Below are positions 27,301 through 39,592 of a stretch of 64,000 nt of DNA, piece after piece. The stretch's first letter is position 1. The number at the start of each line of letters is the position of its first letter. Origin of the DNA: Octopus vulgaris (lineage: Eukaryota); assembly GCA_951406725.2 (NCBI GenBank), contig OX597829.1, positions 27,156,001-27,220,000 of the forward strand. Direction: 5' to 3'. The translations under genes and the position numbers were made by a program. The notes beneath the pieces are model-generated. The model had not been told where the DNA came from. It did not search any database and saw nothing but the letters and a program-made list of their open reading frames with translations.

Positions 27301-30300
27301 GTATATATATATATGTGTGTATGTATGTATATATATATATGTGTGTATGTATGTATATATATATGTGTATGTATGTATATATATGTGTATGTATGTATGT
27401 ATATATGTATATGTGTATGTATGTATATATATATGTGTATGTATGTATATATATATATGTGTGTATGTATGTATATATATGTGTGTGTATGTATGTATAT
27501 ATATGTGTGTGTATGTATGTATATATATGTGTGTGTATGTATGTATATATATGTGTGTATGTATATATATATGTGTGTATGTATGTATATATATGTGTAT
27601 GTATGTATGTATATATATGTGTGTATGTATGTATATATATATGTGTATGTATGTATGTATATATATGTGTGTATGTATATATATGTGTGTATGTATGTAT
27701 ATATGTGTGTGTATGTATGTATATATATGTGTGTGTATGTATGTATATATATATGTGTGTATGTATGTATGTATATATATGTGTGTGTATGTATGTATAT
27801 ATATGTGTATGTATGTATGTATATATATGTGTATGTATGTATGTATATATATGTGTATGTATGTATGTATATATATGTGTATGTATGTATGTATATATAT
27901 GTGTATGTATGTATGTATATATATGTGTATGTATGTATGTATATATATGTGTATGTATGTATGTATATATATGTGTATGTATATATGTGTATGTATGTAT
28001 GTATATATATGTGTATGTATGTATGTATATATATGTGTATGTATGTATGTATATATATGTGTATGTATGTATGTATATATATGTGTATGTATGTATGTAT
28101 ATATATGTGTATGTATGTATATATATGTGTATGTATGTATGTATATGTGTATGTATGTATGTATATATATGTGTATGTATGTATGTATATATATGTGTAT
28201 GTATGTATGTATGTATATGTGTGTGTATGTATGTATGTATATGTGTGTGTATGTATGTATATATATGTGTATGTATGTATGTATATATATGTGTATGTAT
28301 GTATGTATGTATATATATGTGTATGTATGTATGTATATGTATGTATGTATGTATGTATGTATATGTGTATGTATGTATGTATATATATGTGTATGTATGT
28401 ATGTATATATATGTGTATGTATGTATGTATATATATATATGTATGTATGTATGTATATATATATGTGTATGTATGTATGTATATATATATGTGTATGTAT
28501 GTATGTATATATATATGTGTATGTATGTATGTATATATATATGTGTATGTATGTATGTATATATATGTGTATGTATGTATGTATATATATATGTGTATGT
28601 ATGTATGTATATATATATATGTGTATGTATGTATGTATATATATGTGTATGTATGTATGTATATATATATGTGTATGTATATGTATATATATATATATGT
28701 ATGTATGTATGTGTATGTATGTATATATGTGTATGTGTATGTATGTATGTATATATATGTGTATGTATGTATATATGTATATGTGTATGTATGTATGTAT
28801 ATATGTATATGTGTATGTATGTATGTATATATATATATGTATGTATGTATGTATATATATATGTGTATGTATGTATGTATATATATATGTGTATGTATGT
28901 ATGTATATATATATATGTGTATGTATGTATGTATATATATATGTGTATGTATGTATGTATATATATATGTGTATGTATGTATGTATATATATATGTGTAT
29001 GTATGTATGTATATATATATGTGTATGTATGTATGTATATATATGTGTATGTATGTATATATATGTGTATGTATGTATATATATATGTGTATGTATGTAT
29101 ATATATGTGTATGTATGTATGTATGTATGTATATGTGTATGTATGTATGTATATATATATGTGTATGTATGTATGTATATATATATGTGTATGTATGTAT
29201 GTATATATATATGTATGTATGTATGTATATATATATGTGTGTATGTATGTATATATGTGTGTGTATGTATGTATATATATGTGTGTGTATGTATGTATAT
29301 ATATATGTGTATGTATGTATGTATATATATATGTGTATGTATGTATGTATATATATATGTGTATGTATGTATGTATATATATATATGTGTATGTATGTAT
29401 ATATATATATATGTGTATGTATGTATGTATATATATATGTGTATGTATGTATGTATATATATATGTGTATGTATTTATGTATATATATATGTGTATATAT
29501 ATATATATATATGTGTGTATGTATGTATGTATATATATGTGTGTGTATGTATGTATGTATATATATGTGTGTGTATGTGTATATATATGTGTGTGTATGT
29601 ATGTATATATATATGTGTATGTATGTATGTATGTATGTATATATGTATATATATATATATGTGTGTATATATGTATATATATGTGTGTATGTGTGTATGT
29701 ATGTATATATATATATGTGTGTATGTATGTATGTATGTATGTATATATGTGTGTATGTATGTATATATGTATGTATGTATATATGTATGTATGTATATAT
29801 GTATATATATATGTGTGTATGTATGTATATATATATGTGTATGTATGTATGTATATATATATGTGTATGTATGTATGTATATATGTGTGTATGTATATAT
29901 GTATATATATATATATGTGTGTATGTATATATGTATATATATATATGTGTGTATGTATATATGTATATATATGTGTGTATGTATATATGTATATATATAT
30001 ATATGTGTGTATGTATGTATATATGTGTGTATGTATATATGTATATATATATATGTGTGTATGTATGTATATATGTGTGTATGTATATATGTATATATAT
30101 ATGTGTATGTATATATGTATATGTGTGTATGTATATATGTATATATATATATGTGTGTATGTATATATGTATATATATATATATGTATGTATGTATGTAT
30201 ATATATATATGTGTGTATGTATATATGTATATATATATATGTGTGTATGTATATATGTATGTATGTATGTATATATGTATGTATGTATATATGTATGTAT

Positions 30301-30487
30301 GTATATATGTATATATATATGTGTGTATGTATGTATATATGTGTGTATGTATGTATATATGTATGTATGTATATATATATATGTGTGTATGTATGTATAT
30401 ATGTGTGTATGTATGTATATATGTGTGTATGTATATATGTGTATATATATATATATGTATATATATGTATGTATGTATGTATATATG

Positions 30488-30519
<32 letters not shown>

Positions 30520-30649
30520 TGTATGTATGTATATATGTATATATATATATATATGTATATATATATGTATGTATATATGTATGTATGTATATATGTATGT
30601 ATATATATATGTATGTATATATATATGTATGTATATATATGTATATATG

Positions 30650-30680
<31 letters not shown>

Positions 30681-30701
30681 ATATGTATGTATGTATATAT
30701 G

Positions 30702-30742
<41 letters not shown>

Positions 30743-30743
30743 T

Positions 30744-30776
<33 letters not shown>

Positions 30777-30824
30777 GTATATATGTATATATATATGTAT
30801 ATATATATGTATATATATATATGT

Positions 30825-30865
<41 letters not shown>

Positions 30866-31142
30866 TGTATGTATATATATATGTATATATATATATTATA
30901 TATATATGTATATATATATATGTATATATGTATGTATATATGTATGTATGTATATATGTATATATATATATGTATATATATATGTATATATGTATGTATA
31001 TATGTATATATGTATGTATGTATATATGTATATATATATGTATATATATATATGTATATATATATATATGTATATATGTATGTATATATGTATATATGTA
31101 TGTATGTATATATGTATATATGTATATATGTATGTATGTATG

Positions 31143-31173
<31 letters not shown>

Positions 31174-31240
31174 ATGTGTATATATGTATGTATGTATGTA
31201 TATATGTATGTATGTATATGTATGTATGTATGTATGTATG

Positions 31241-31274
<34 letters not shown>

Positions 31275-31420
31275 TATATGTATATGTATGTATGTATGTA
31301 TGTATATATGTATGTATATATGTATGTATGTATATATATGTATGTATGTATGTATGTATATATATATGTATGTATATGTATGTATGTATATATGTTTGTA
31401 TGTATATATATATATATATG

Positions 31421-31459
<39 letters not shown>

Positions 31460-31654
31460 GTATATATATATATGTATGTATGTATGTATATATGTATGTA
31501 TGTATATATATATGTATGTATGTATGTATGTATATATGTATGTATGTATGTATATATGTATATGTATGTATGTATGTATATATATGTATGTATGTATGTA
31601 TGTATATGTATGTATGTATATATATGTATGTATGTATGTATATATGTATGTATG

Positions 31655-31685
<31 letters not shown>

Positions 31686-32437
31686 ATATGTGTATGTATG
31701 TATATATATGTATGTGTATGTATGTATGTATATATGTGTATGTATGTATATATATATGTATATATGTGTATGTATGTATATATATATACGTGTATGTATG
31801 TATATATGTGTGTGTATGTATGTATATATGTGTATGTATGTATATATGTGTATGTATGTATATATGTGTATGTATGTATATATGTGTATGTATGTATATA
31901 TGTGTATGTATGTATAAATGTGTATGTATGTATAAATGTGTATGTATGTATATATGTGTATGTATGTATATATGTGTATGTATGTATATATGTGTATGTG
32001 TGTATATATGTGTATGTATGTATATATGTGTATGTATGTATATGTATGTATGTATATATGTGTATGTATGTATATGTATGTATGTATATATATATGTATG
32101 TTTATATATATGTGTGTATGTTTATATATATGTGTGTATGTGTATATATGTGTATGTAGGTATATATGTGTATGTAGGTATATATGTGTATGTATGTATA
32201 TATGTGTATGTATGTATATATGTGTATGTATGTATATGTGTATGTATGTATGTGTGTATATGTGTATGTATGTATGTGTGTATGTATGTATGTGTGTATG
32301 TATATATATGTGTATGTATATATATATATGTGTGTATGTTTATATATATGTGTGTATGTATGTATATATGTGTGTATGTATGTATATATGTGTGTGTGTG
32401 TGTATGCATGTGTATGTGTACGTATATATATATATAT
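24365..32437. repeat. ~8-kb alternating (T-purine)n compound microsatellite (TG/TA/TATG)
   Basis: Nearly every second base is T and the intervening base is A or G; local higher-order units drift along the array. Confidence 0.97.
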
Positions 32438-32842
32438 ACTCTTTTACTCTTTTACTTGTTTCAGTCATTTGACTGCGGCCATGCTGGAGCACCGCCTTTA
32501 ATCGAGCAACTCGATCCCGGGACTTATTCTTTTGTAAGCCCAGTACTTATTCTATCGGTCTCTTTTGCCGAACCGCTAAGTAACGGGGACGTAAACACAC
32601 CAGCATCGGTTGTCAAGCAATGCTAGAGGGACAAACACAGACACACAAACACACACACACGCATATATATATACATATATACGACAGGCTTCTTTCAGTT
32701 TCCGTCTACCAAATCCACTCACAAGGCTTTGGTCGGCCCGAGGCTATAGTAGAAGACACTTGCCCAAGGTGCCACACAGTGGGATTGAACCCGGAACCAT
32801 GTGATTGGTAAACAAGCTACTTACCACACAGCCACTCCTGCG

Positions 32843-32844
<2 letters not shown>
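32438..32844 (-). mobile_element. Full-length tRNA-derived SINE
   Basis: Minus strand starts GGCGCAGGAGTGGCTGTGTGGTAAG (A-box) ... GGTTCAATCCC (B-box), has an internal (TG)/(TA) tract and ends in a (TAAAAGAG)n tail; flanked by (TA)n. Confidence 0.9.
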
Positions 32845-32879
<35 letters not shown>

Positions 32880-33282
32880 GTTGGATCGTAGAGTGACCCG
32901 CTGTTCTTGAGGAGACCTATTGAGTCAAATACGTTAACTACAATTTCCATTTGATTTTCATTTTGATGTTGGTGTTAGATACCCGTGCCGGTGACATTAA
33001 AAGCACCATCCGAATGTAGCAGTTGCCAGCACTGCCTGACTGGCGTACGTGTCGGTGACACGTAAAAGCACCAACCGATCTTGGCCATTTGCCAGCTTCC
33101 AGTGGCACGTAAAAAGGACCCACTACAGTCATGGAGCGGTTGGCATTAGGAAGGGCATCCAGCTGTAGAAACACTGCCAGATCAGACTGGAGCCTGGTGC
33201 AGCCTCCTGGCTTCCCAAACCCCGGTCGAACCGTCTAACCCATGCTAGCATGGAAAACGGACGTTAAACGATGATGATGATG
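32880..33282 (+). mobile_element. SINE/LINE-3' element with three tandem GTGYCGGTG..AAAAGCACC units and a (GAT)n tail
   Basis: Ends catgctagcatggaaaacggacgttaaacgatgatgatgatg; homologues at 6060, 39200 (-), 59800 and 61530 (-). Confidence 0.8.
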
Positions 33283-33426
33283 AGATATATGGATGGATGT
33301 ATATATATGGATATATGGATGGATGTATATATATGGATATATGTATGTATGTGTGTTTGTATATATGTTTATATGTTTATATGTGTGTATGTATATATAT
33401 GTGTGTGTATATATGTATGTGTATGT

Positions 33427-33507
33427 AAGCTTTTGATGGTGATGTTGATATTTCAAAATTATGATTCTATGATGCTAAGTGTTTCCATTATTTTTTCCAA
33501 CACCTGT
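33427..33507 (-). mobile_element. Solo end of the Tc1 family found at 43408-44651
   Basis: aagcttttga..gatatttcaaaattatg..ctatgatgctaagtgtttccattattttttccaacacctgTA matches 44575-44653. Confidence 0.75.
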
Positions 33508-34541
33508 ATATGTGTATATATGTTTATACATATATGTGAATTATATTTATGCTTTGTAACCTGTCCTCAATACCATATACAACTGGTTAAATAGTAATGA
33601 ATTCTTCAAGGCAACCAAAATTTATGTCGTCTATTCTTATAAGTGCATCTGGAAATGTCCTTTTCCTGAACAGAGACTGAATAAAAATTCTGAGCTGATT
33701 TGTGGTATGGCCATAGTTATGCTTACAAATGTTTGTGTTTTGATAAATATTTGCAAATTATCAACAGTATGTTGAGAGCTCAGTAGCTTGATTCTGAGAG
33801 GATTTATTATATGCCTGGTGAAAATTCCCTGTTTTGAGTGGGTTGATTTACTGCTCACAGCTATTGTCTTCCAGCCACCCCAACTTTTCCTGCCAACTAG
33901 ACGGATTGCAAAAGATCTATCATCAATAAAAAAAAAAAAATTAAAGACTATAACTATGACATATGCACATTAGCGCTTAATATTTTCAAAGAAACTCTCA
34001 TAGCCATAATTTTGCCAAATAATAGAACACCATGGAGTAATGAACTGAGGCATATATTTTTGAATTTATATTATAGAATACATTTGTGATAGCCACTCAT
34101 TCATTTAGTTGATTAACAAAATTTTCTCTCATTAAAAGGATTTAGTGTTACTATCATTGCAGTGTTTTCACTTAATATATTCTTTGTTTACTACTATAAA
34201 TTCCACTTTTCTAAACTTCCAATTGTATTCTTCCCATATCTGTAACTGAACATAGCACTCACTTTTCATTTCCCATACCTAAAACCCACAAGTATTGCAT
34301 TTGGAGGTGGGTGGGGTGGCATTACTAACTAGCCTCCTATCAAACTCTAACCTTTAACTTTTCAACCTATTATTCTCTGTAAACCTTTTCATTTTCCATT
34401 TTTCTAATCTGAAAGGTATTTATGGGAGTGAAAGAATAAAACCAGTCTCTAGAAACAATAAACACTATAAAATGATAATGTATTTGATAAACTCAATATT
34501 TCACACCTACATTCTAACAAATATTTTCTTTTCTTTTTCAG

Positions 34542-34714
34542 ACATTTGATCATCATTGTCCTTGGGTGAATAACTGTATTGGCAGAAGAAATTACAGATA
34601 TTTCTTTCTTTTTTTGATTTCATTGACAATTCATAAAATAAGTATATTTTCTTTATGTTTATTATATGTATTAGATCATAAAAAAGAGTTAGCCCAAGCT
34701 GGAAGTATTGTTGC
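34542..34714 (+). CDS. ZDHHC8: ZDHHC5/8 exon with the catalytic DHHC motif and TM3
   Basis: Acceptor ttttctttttcAG at 34541. Reads [57 protein letters not shown](A) and ends GC|GTATCCTTTT (U12 donor). 173 bp, phase 0 to 2. Not in the supplied ORF track. Confidence 0.95.
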
Positions 34715-35444
34715 GTATCCTTTTCTGGAAAAAATATTGCATTAATGAAAATTGTGCTTTTAATGTAACATAATGTACGTCTTTTGAATTTTGATATCTC
34801 GATTTTTAAAATAATTGCACCACTAAAAGAGCTGATTTTAGGAAGAACTTGTGGATGTGAAAGAATGCTTCAAAAGTGTCCTGTCCAACCCATGGAAAAG
34901 CAATAATGATGATAGCAACATTCTAAGCAGAAATAGAACAAGCATTATTATCATCATAATCACTACTTTCTTCTTTGGTTTAACATCTACTCTTTTTTTC
35001 TTTGTATTGCTTAGGATAGGCAGAGAGATGCATGAAATTTTGTGATTTCATACACGATGCACTGTCAGATCATACTCCTACTATTTTTGTCATAAAAAAA
35101 TGGATTATCAATAGTATATGCAAAAATTGCCTGGTTCAGTGAATGTTTAATGTCAAGGTAGATGCACACTGAGAATTTCTGACAAATTTTGGAGGGTTTG
35201 TAGAAGCCATAAGCACTGTTCCTTCAAACTCAATAAATCTATAAATAAACCTACATACTTTCTCTTCAGTCCCCTTTTTAAAATTCACAAATTTACTCTT
35301 ATGTCAGCTGATATCTAAGGTCCAGCCATTCTCTCAGTGTACCTCTTCTCCGCTTTCCACATAACTTCAGAATATACACACACACACACACGAGTGAATG
35401 AACAAATGAAAGAAGGGCACTCAACACATTTTATTGGGAGTTAC

Positions 35445-35602
35445 ATATATGGATCAAAACAGCTTGATTCAAATTCATTGGTACTTAAAGTTTTATCCTC
35501 AGTTACTGGAAATTTGAATTTTTCCAATCGCTAAGGATAAACATCACACTTTGAAACTTTGAGTACCAAGGAATTTGAATCAAACTGTTTTGATTCATTT
35601 AT
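35445..35602. repeat. Fold-back inverted repeat (MITE-like hairpin)
   Basis: ~49-bp arms (ggatcaaaacagcttgattcaaattcattggtacttaaagttt and aaactttgagtaccaaggaatttgaatcaaactgttttgattc) plus inner stems. Confidence 0.85.
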
Positions 35603-35611
35603 ATATCTATC

Positions 35612-35656
35612 TATGATATATATATATATATGTATATGTATATATATATATGTATA

Positions 35657-35713
<57 letters not shown>

Positions 35714-35778
35714 GTATATATATGTATATATATATGTATATATATGTATATATATATATGTGTATATGTATATGTATA

Positions 35779-35821
<43 letters not shown>

Positions 35822-36228
35822 GTATATATATGTATATATATATATATATGTATATGTATATATATGTATATATATATATATATGTATATGTATATATATG
35901 TATATATATATATATATATGTATATGTATATATATATATGTATATATATGTATATGTATATATATATATGTATATATATGTATATGTATATGTATGTATA
36001 TGTATATATATGTATATGTATATATATGTATATATATATATGTGTATATATATATATGTATATGTATATATGTATATGTATATATATGTATATGTATATA
36101 TATGTATATGTATATATATGTATATGTATATATATGTATATGTATATATATATGTATATGTGTATATGTATATATATATATATATATGTATATGTGTATA
36201 TGTATATATATATATATATGTATATGTG

Positions 36229-36265
<37 letters not shown>

Positions 36266-36316
36266 GTATATATGTATATGTATATATATATATGTATATA
36301 TATATAGAGAGAGAGA
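35612..36316. repeat. (TA)n/(TATATG)n microsatellite ending in (GA)n
   Basis: Seen directly in the sequence. Confidence 0.95.
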
Positions 36317-37754
36317 AATAATGTATATATCATCATTTAATGTCTGTTTTCCATGGTTTGAATGGGTTAATAGGGTCTGGCTGCATCAAGCTCCAATATC
36401 AGCTTTGGCGTTTCCATTGCTGGATGCCCTTTCTAATGCCAACTACTTTACATGCTTTTTCCATACCACTGACACTAGTGGGGTTGCCAATCAATCTTCA
36501 TCCTCCACATTACCATGTTGCATCACACTTCTTTAACTTAGTTCATAGGACATTTTATACACAAAAAAAGAGAGAAATTTTGTTACAAACTTCTACCTTT
36601 TCTTTACTCTAGCTACTATATAATAGTAACCATTCACTGAAATTCTCATAGTAAACAGGTTACCATGGTAACAGAGGCTATGACCCCCTTTAATTAAATG
36701 GGTGTCTATACTGCTAACTATATCTATTTACATTTGTTTCTTCACCCAGCAAGAGATCCTACTCTAGCTTTTAGAGGACCTTTTGCTTTGCTTATAAGAT
36801 TAAGTAATAGTGAGACTTTCTTTTATTCCATTTATAAATATCTATGAGGACCACTTCACAGTTAGTAGTGAAATTTAATGGTTTCACTTTGTCTCTAGCA
36901 AACATTTCCAGCTTTGGAAAATTTTTTGTAGATCTTTTGGTATATAAATAAGTGTTCAAGGGCAGCATGTTCTTAACTCCTGTATTATTGCCCCATTCTC
37001 CTTGTTTGTAGTCCATAATAGCTATGTTCATTCATAAAATCTCCAGAAAATTTTGCAAACTAAATTTGTAACTGAAATTAATATGCATTTTAGTTATAAT
37101 CTGTAATCAGGTTATAGTCAAAGCAAACAATGAAATAGTTTCTTAGATAACATTGTTATTTGTAAAAATATTTACATTGGTTCTTAGATAATATTTTTAT
37201 TAGTAAAATTTTTTACACTGATGTTTGTTTGGCTGCTTAAAACATCAGTGTGCCATTTCCTCATAACTGTTAACATTATCCACAAAAAATGAAAATGAAA
37301 AGGAGTGTTCCAGAGCTTGACTGTAAAATAAAAATGAAATGTATTCTTTTGTTGCTGCTATGTGTTTTAAATATGTTGTCAGGTTTGAAACTTTTGGAAC
37401 ATCCGTGTGTGTGTGTTTGTATGTTCAAAGCTAAGCTAAACAAAGATTTCATTTTAGTACCTAGCCTGATCCTAGATTAAAATAATTCACCTGAAGACAA
37501 TTGAATTTAGCGTATTAAAATCTGTCTGCATTGATTGTGAAGAAAATATTTAACAATTAATTAAACATCAGTATTAACATTACATCTTAAAAACAATCGT
37601 GAGTGATTATTTTCTTAAAATATTTCAAGGATACTGTATAAAATATGCTTTTAAACTTTTTTTTTCCTTCAAAAAAATGCACCTTGTGTACATATGTGTG
37701 TGTGTGTATGTATATATACATGTATGAAATTGATTTTTCCTTAACCACATTCAG

Positions 37755-37857
37755 TTTTATTGTAATGGTTATTATTGGTATATTAATTATTCCGGTTGCT
37801 GGTCTTACTGGTTTCCATACAGTTCTGGTTGCTAGGGGAAGAACAACTAATGAGCAA
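37755..37857 (+). CDS. ZDHHC8: ZDHHC5/8 exon (TM4 and TTxE motif)
   Basis: Reads [34 protein letters not shown]; donor CAA|GTAAGT. 103 bp, phase 2 to 0. Confidence 0.95.
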
Positions 37858-38199
37858 GTAAGTGTTTTATTTTTGTATTTTATTTGTTTTGACCTTTATA
37901 ATTATTAAATTGGATGTTAACATTGTTTTGTTCAGTGCTACACTCGTCATTATCATTTAGCATCCATTTTCCATGCTGACATGGATTGGATAGTTTAGCA
38001 GGAACAGGCAAACCAAAAGATTACAACCAACTCTGCTGTTCATTTTGGCATAGTTTCTATGGTTAGATGCCCTTCCTAATGCTAACTAACCACTGGGTGT
38101 TTTTTACATGACAGTAGCAGCAGTGAAATCACCAAATAATTTGCAGGAAGTGCTCCTAAGAGCAACCTTTTTTAACTTCCTCAGTTATGGCCTAGAGAA

Positions 38200-38500
38200 C
38201 TATGATAAATGAGAGGGATCTGAGAACCATTACCAACTGCATTCCTGTACATTGCTTCAACAGCTCTCATCTACCCACTAGCTTTTGCACTGACCACTAG
38301 AGTGAGGGACTCTGTCAAAGGTTTTCTCCATGTCAACAGCAGTTTATTGTTTAAGTGCTTCTCCTGCAGTTGCCTTACAAGGAAAATAACATTAGTAGTG
38401 CTTCTACTTGGCACAAACCCAAACTGCACCTCATCTAGTTTAACACTTTTCCTAATTAATTGAGCCATGTCCCTTTCTGTAACTTTTATGACGTGGTCTA
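38200..38500 (-). mobile_element. RTE LINE RT fragment
   Basis: LDEVQFGFVPSRSTTNVIFLVRQLQEK is the RT QFGF..RST motif. Confidence 0.75.
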
Positions 38501-38559
38501 AAATTTTACATCCATTTCAGTTGAGGCTATTTCAGAACTGAAATATGTGAAATCATTAA

Positions 38560-38900
38560 CTTGATTGATGGAGTCTCTGCTGATGTTGGTGATTAATCCT
38601 TTTTGGTTTTACAAGTGGTCCAGCATCGTGTGCAGCTAATTCTAGACTATAAAATAATTGGGTGGAGTTTGATACTGTGTCAGAGAGCAAGGCTAAATCA
38701 TCAGCATGGTCTGTTTTTTCTTTTGTGCTGGATGTCCAAATGATTTTCTTTTGTGAGTATGAAACCAAGGCTGTTTGGATTATCATAATTCAGAGGGATC
38801 ACAAAGAAAAAAAGTGCCAGTGTGTCCCCCTGGAGTACTGCAGCTTTCATGTCAAAGAATCTTGTGTCTTTGTCTGGGGGCCTTACTATTGACTTAGTGT
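38560..38900 (-). mobile_element. Second non-LTR RT fragment (RTE/RTE-X-like)
   Basis: VLQGDTLALFFFVIPLNY and HADDLALLSD motifs in shifted frames. Confidence 0.7.
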
Positions 38901-39214
38901 TGTTATTGCTGTTGTTGTTTCCCCAGGAATACTGTAGACCATTAGGGTTTTTTTTCATTTTTACCATAATGGATGGAGTCAAAAGCCATTGAGAACTCAA
39001 CAAACTGATTCTGCTTCATGATTTCTGGCTTTTACTCCTTCCAGTGTATGCTGTTTAAAGATTTGAGGGCATATGAGTTTAATAGCATGCCTACACCATC
39101 AATGGTGGAATTGATAGAATTGAGGCAGAGATGAAAGTTCAGCTTCTACCAGCATCCTGGTATTTCAGCTCAACATCGTCATGATAAAGCCTATGATCTT
39201 GCACACAGATAACA

Positions 39215-39480
39215 TTGTTACATATGTGTTTTTTACATGCCACCTGCACAGGAGTCAGTCCAGTGGCACTGGCAACGACCTCACTCAAATGTTGTTTTTC
39301 ATGTGTCACCGGCACAAGTACCAGTAAGGCAACGCTGGTAACGTTCACGCTTGAATTTTTTTTGCGTGTCACCATCACAGGAGCCAGTCAGCAGCCCTGG
39401 CAACAATCACGCTTGGATGATGCTCTTAATGTTCCACTAGCATAGATGCCAGTCAGGTGGTGCTGTCATCAGCTACATCA
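39215..39480 (-). mobile_element. Inverted copy of the tandem-unit SINE/LINE-3' element
   Basis: Several tttttacatgccacctgcacaggagtcagtc-type units. Confidence 0.6.
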
Positions 39481-39550
39481 GCAAATTTGATTTGTGTGCG
39501 TGCGTGCGTGTGTGTGTGTGTGTGTGTGTGTGTAATAGACAAATGTATAC

Positions 39551-39592
<42 letters not shown>

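Larger units (their letters stand above)
34715..37754 (+). other. U12-type (minor spliceosome) GT-AG intron, 3040 bp
   Basis: 5' site GTATCCTTTT (34715-34724), branch site TTCCTTAAC (37737-37745), then CACATTCAG with no polypyrimidine tract. The join GC|T restores the frame (Ala). Confidence 0.92.

Noticed and set aside
24316-32626. Three overlapping ORFs of 2533-2748 aa (Y/V/C/M/I-rich)
   Set aside because: Strict T-purine alternation cannot form TAA, TAG or TGA, so all frames stay open. These are microsatellite artefacts, as are the ORFs at 16.7-17.6, 20.1-21.3, 35.6-36.5 and 61-62.5 kb.
32770-32844. tRNA-like sequence with A and B boxes
   Set aside because: It is the head of a multi-copy SINE and continues into the SINE body; no convincing cloverleaf.
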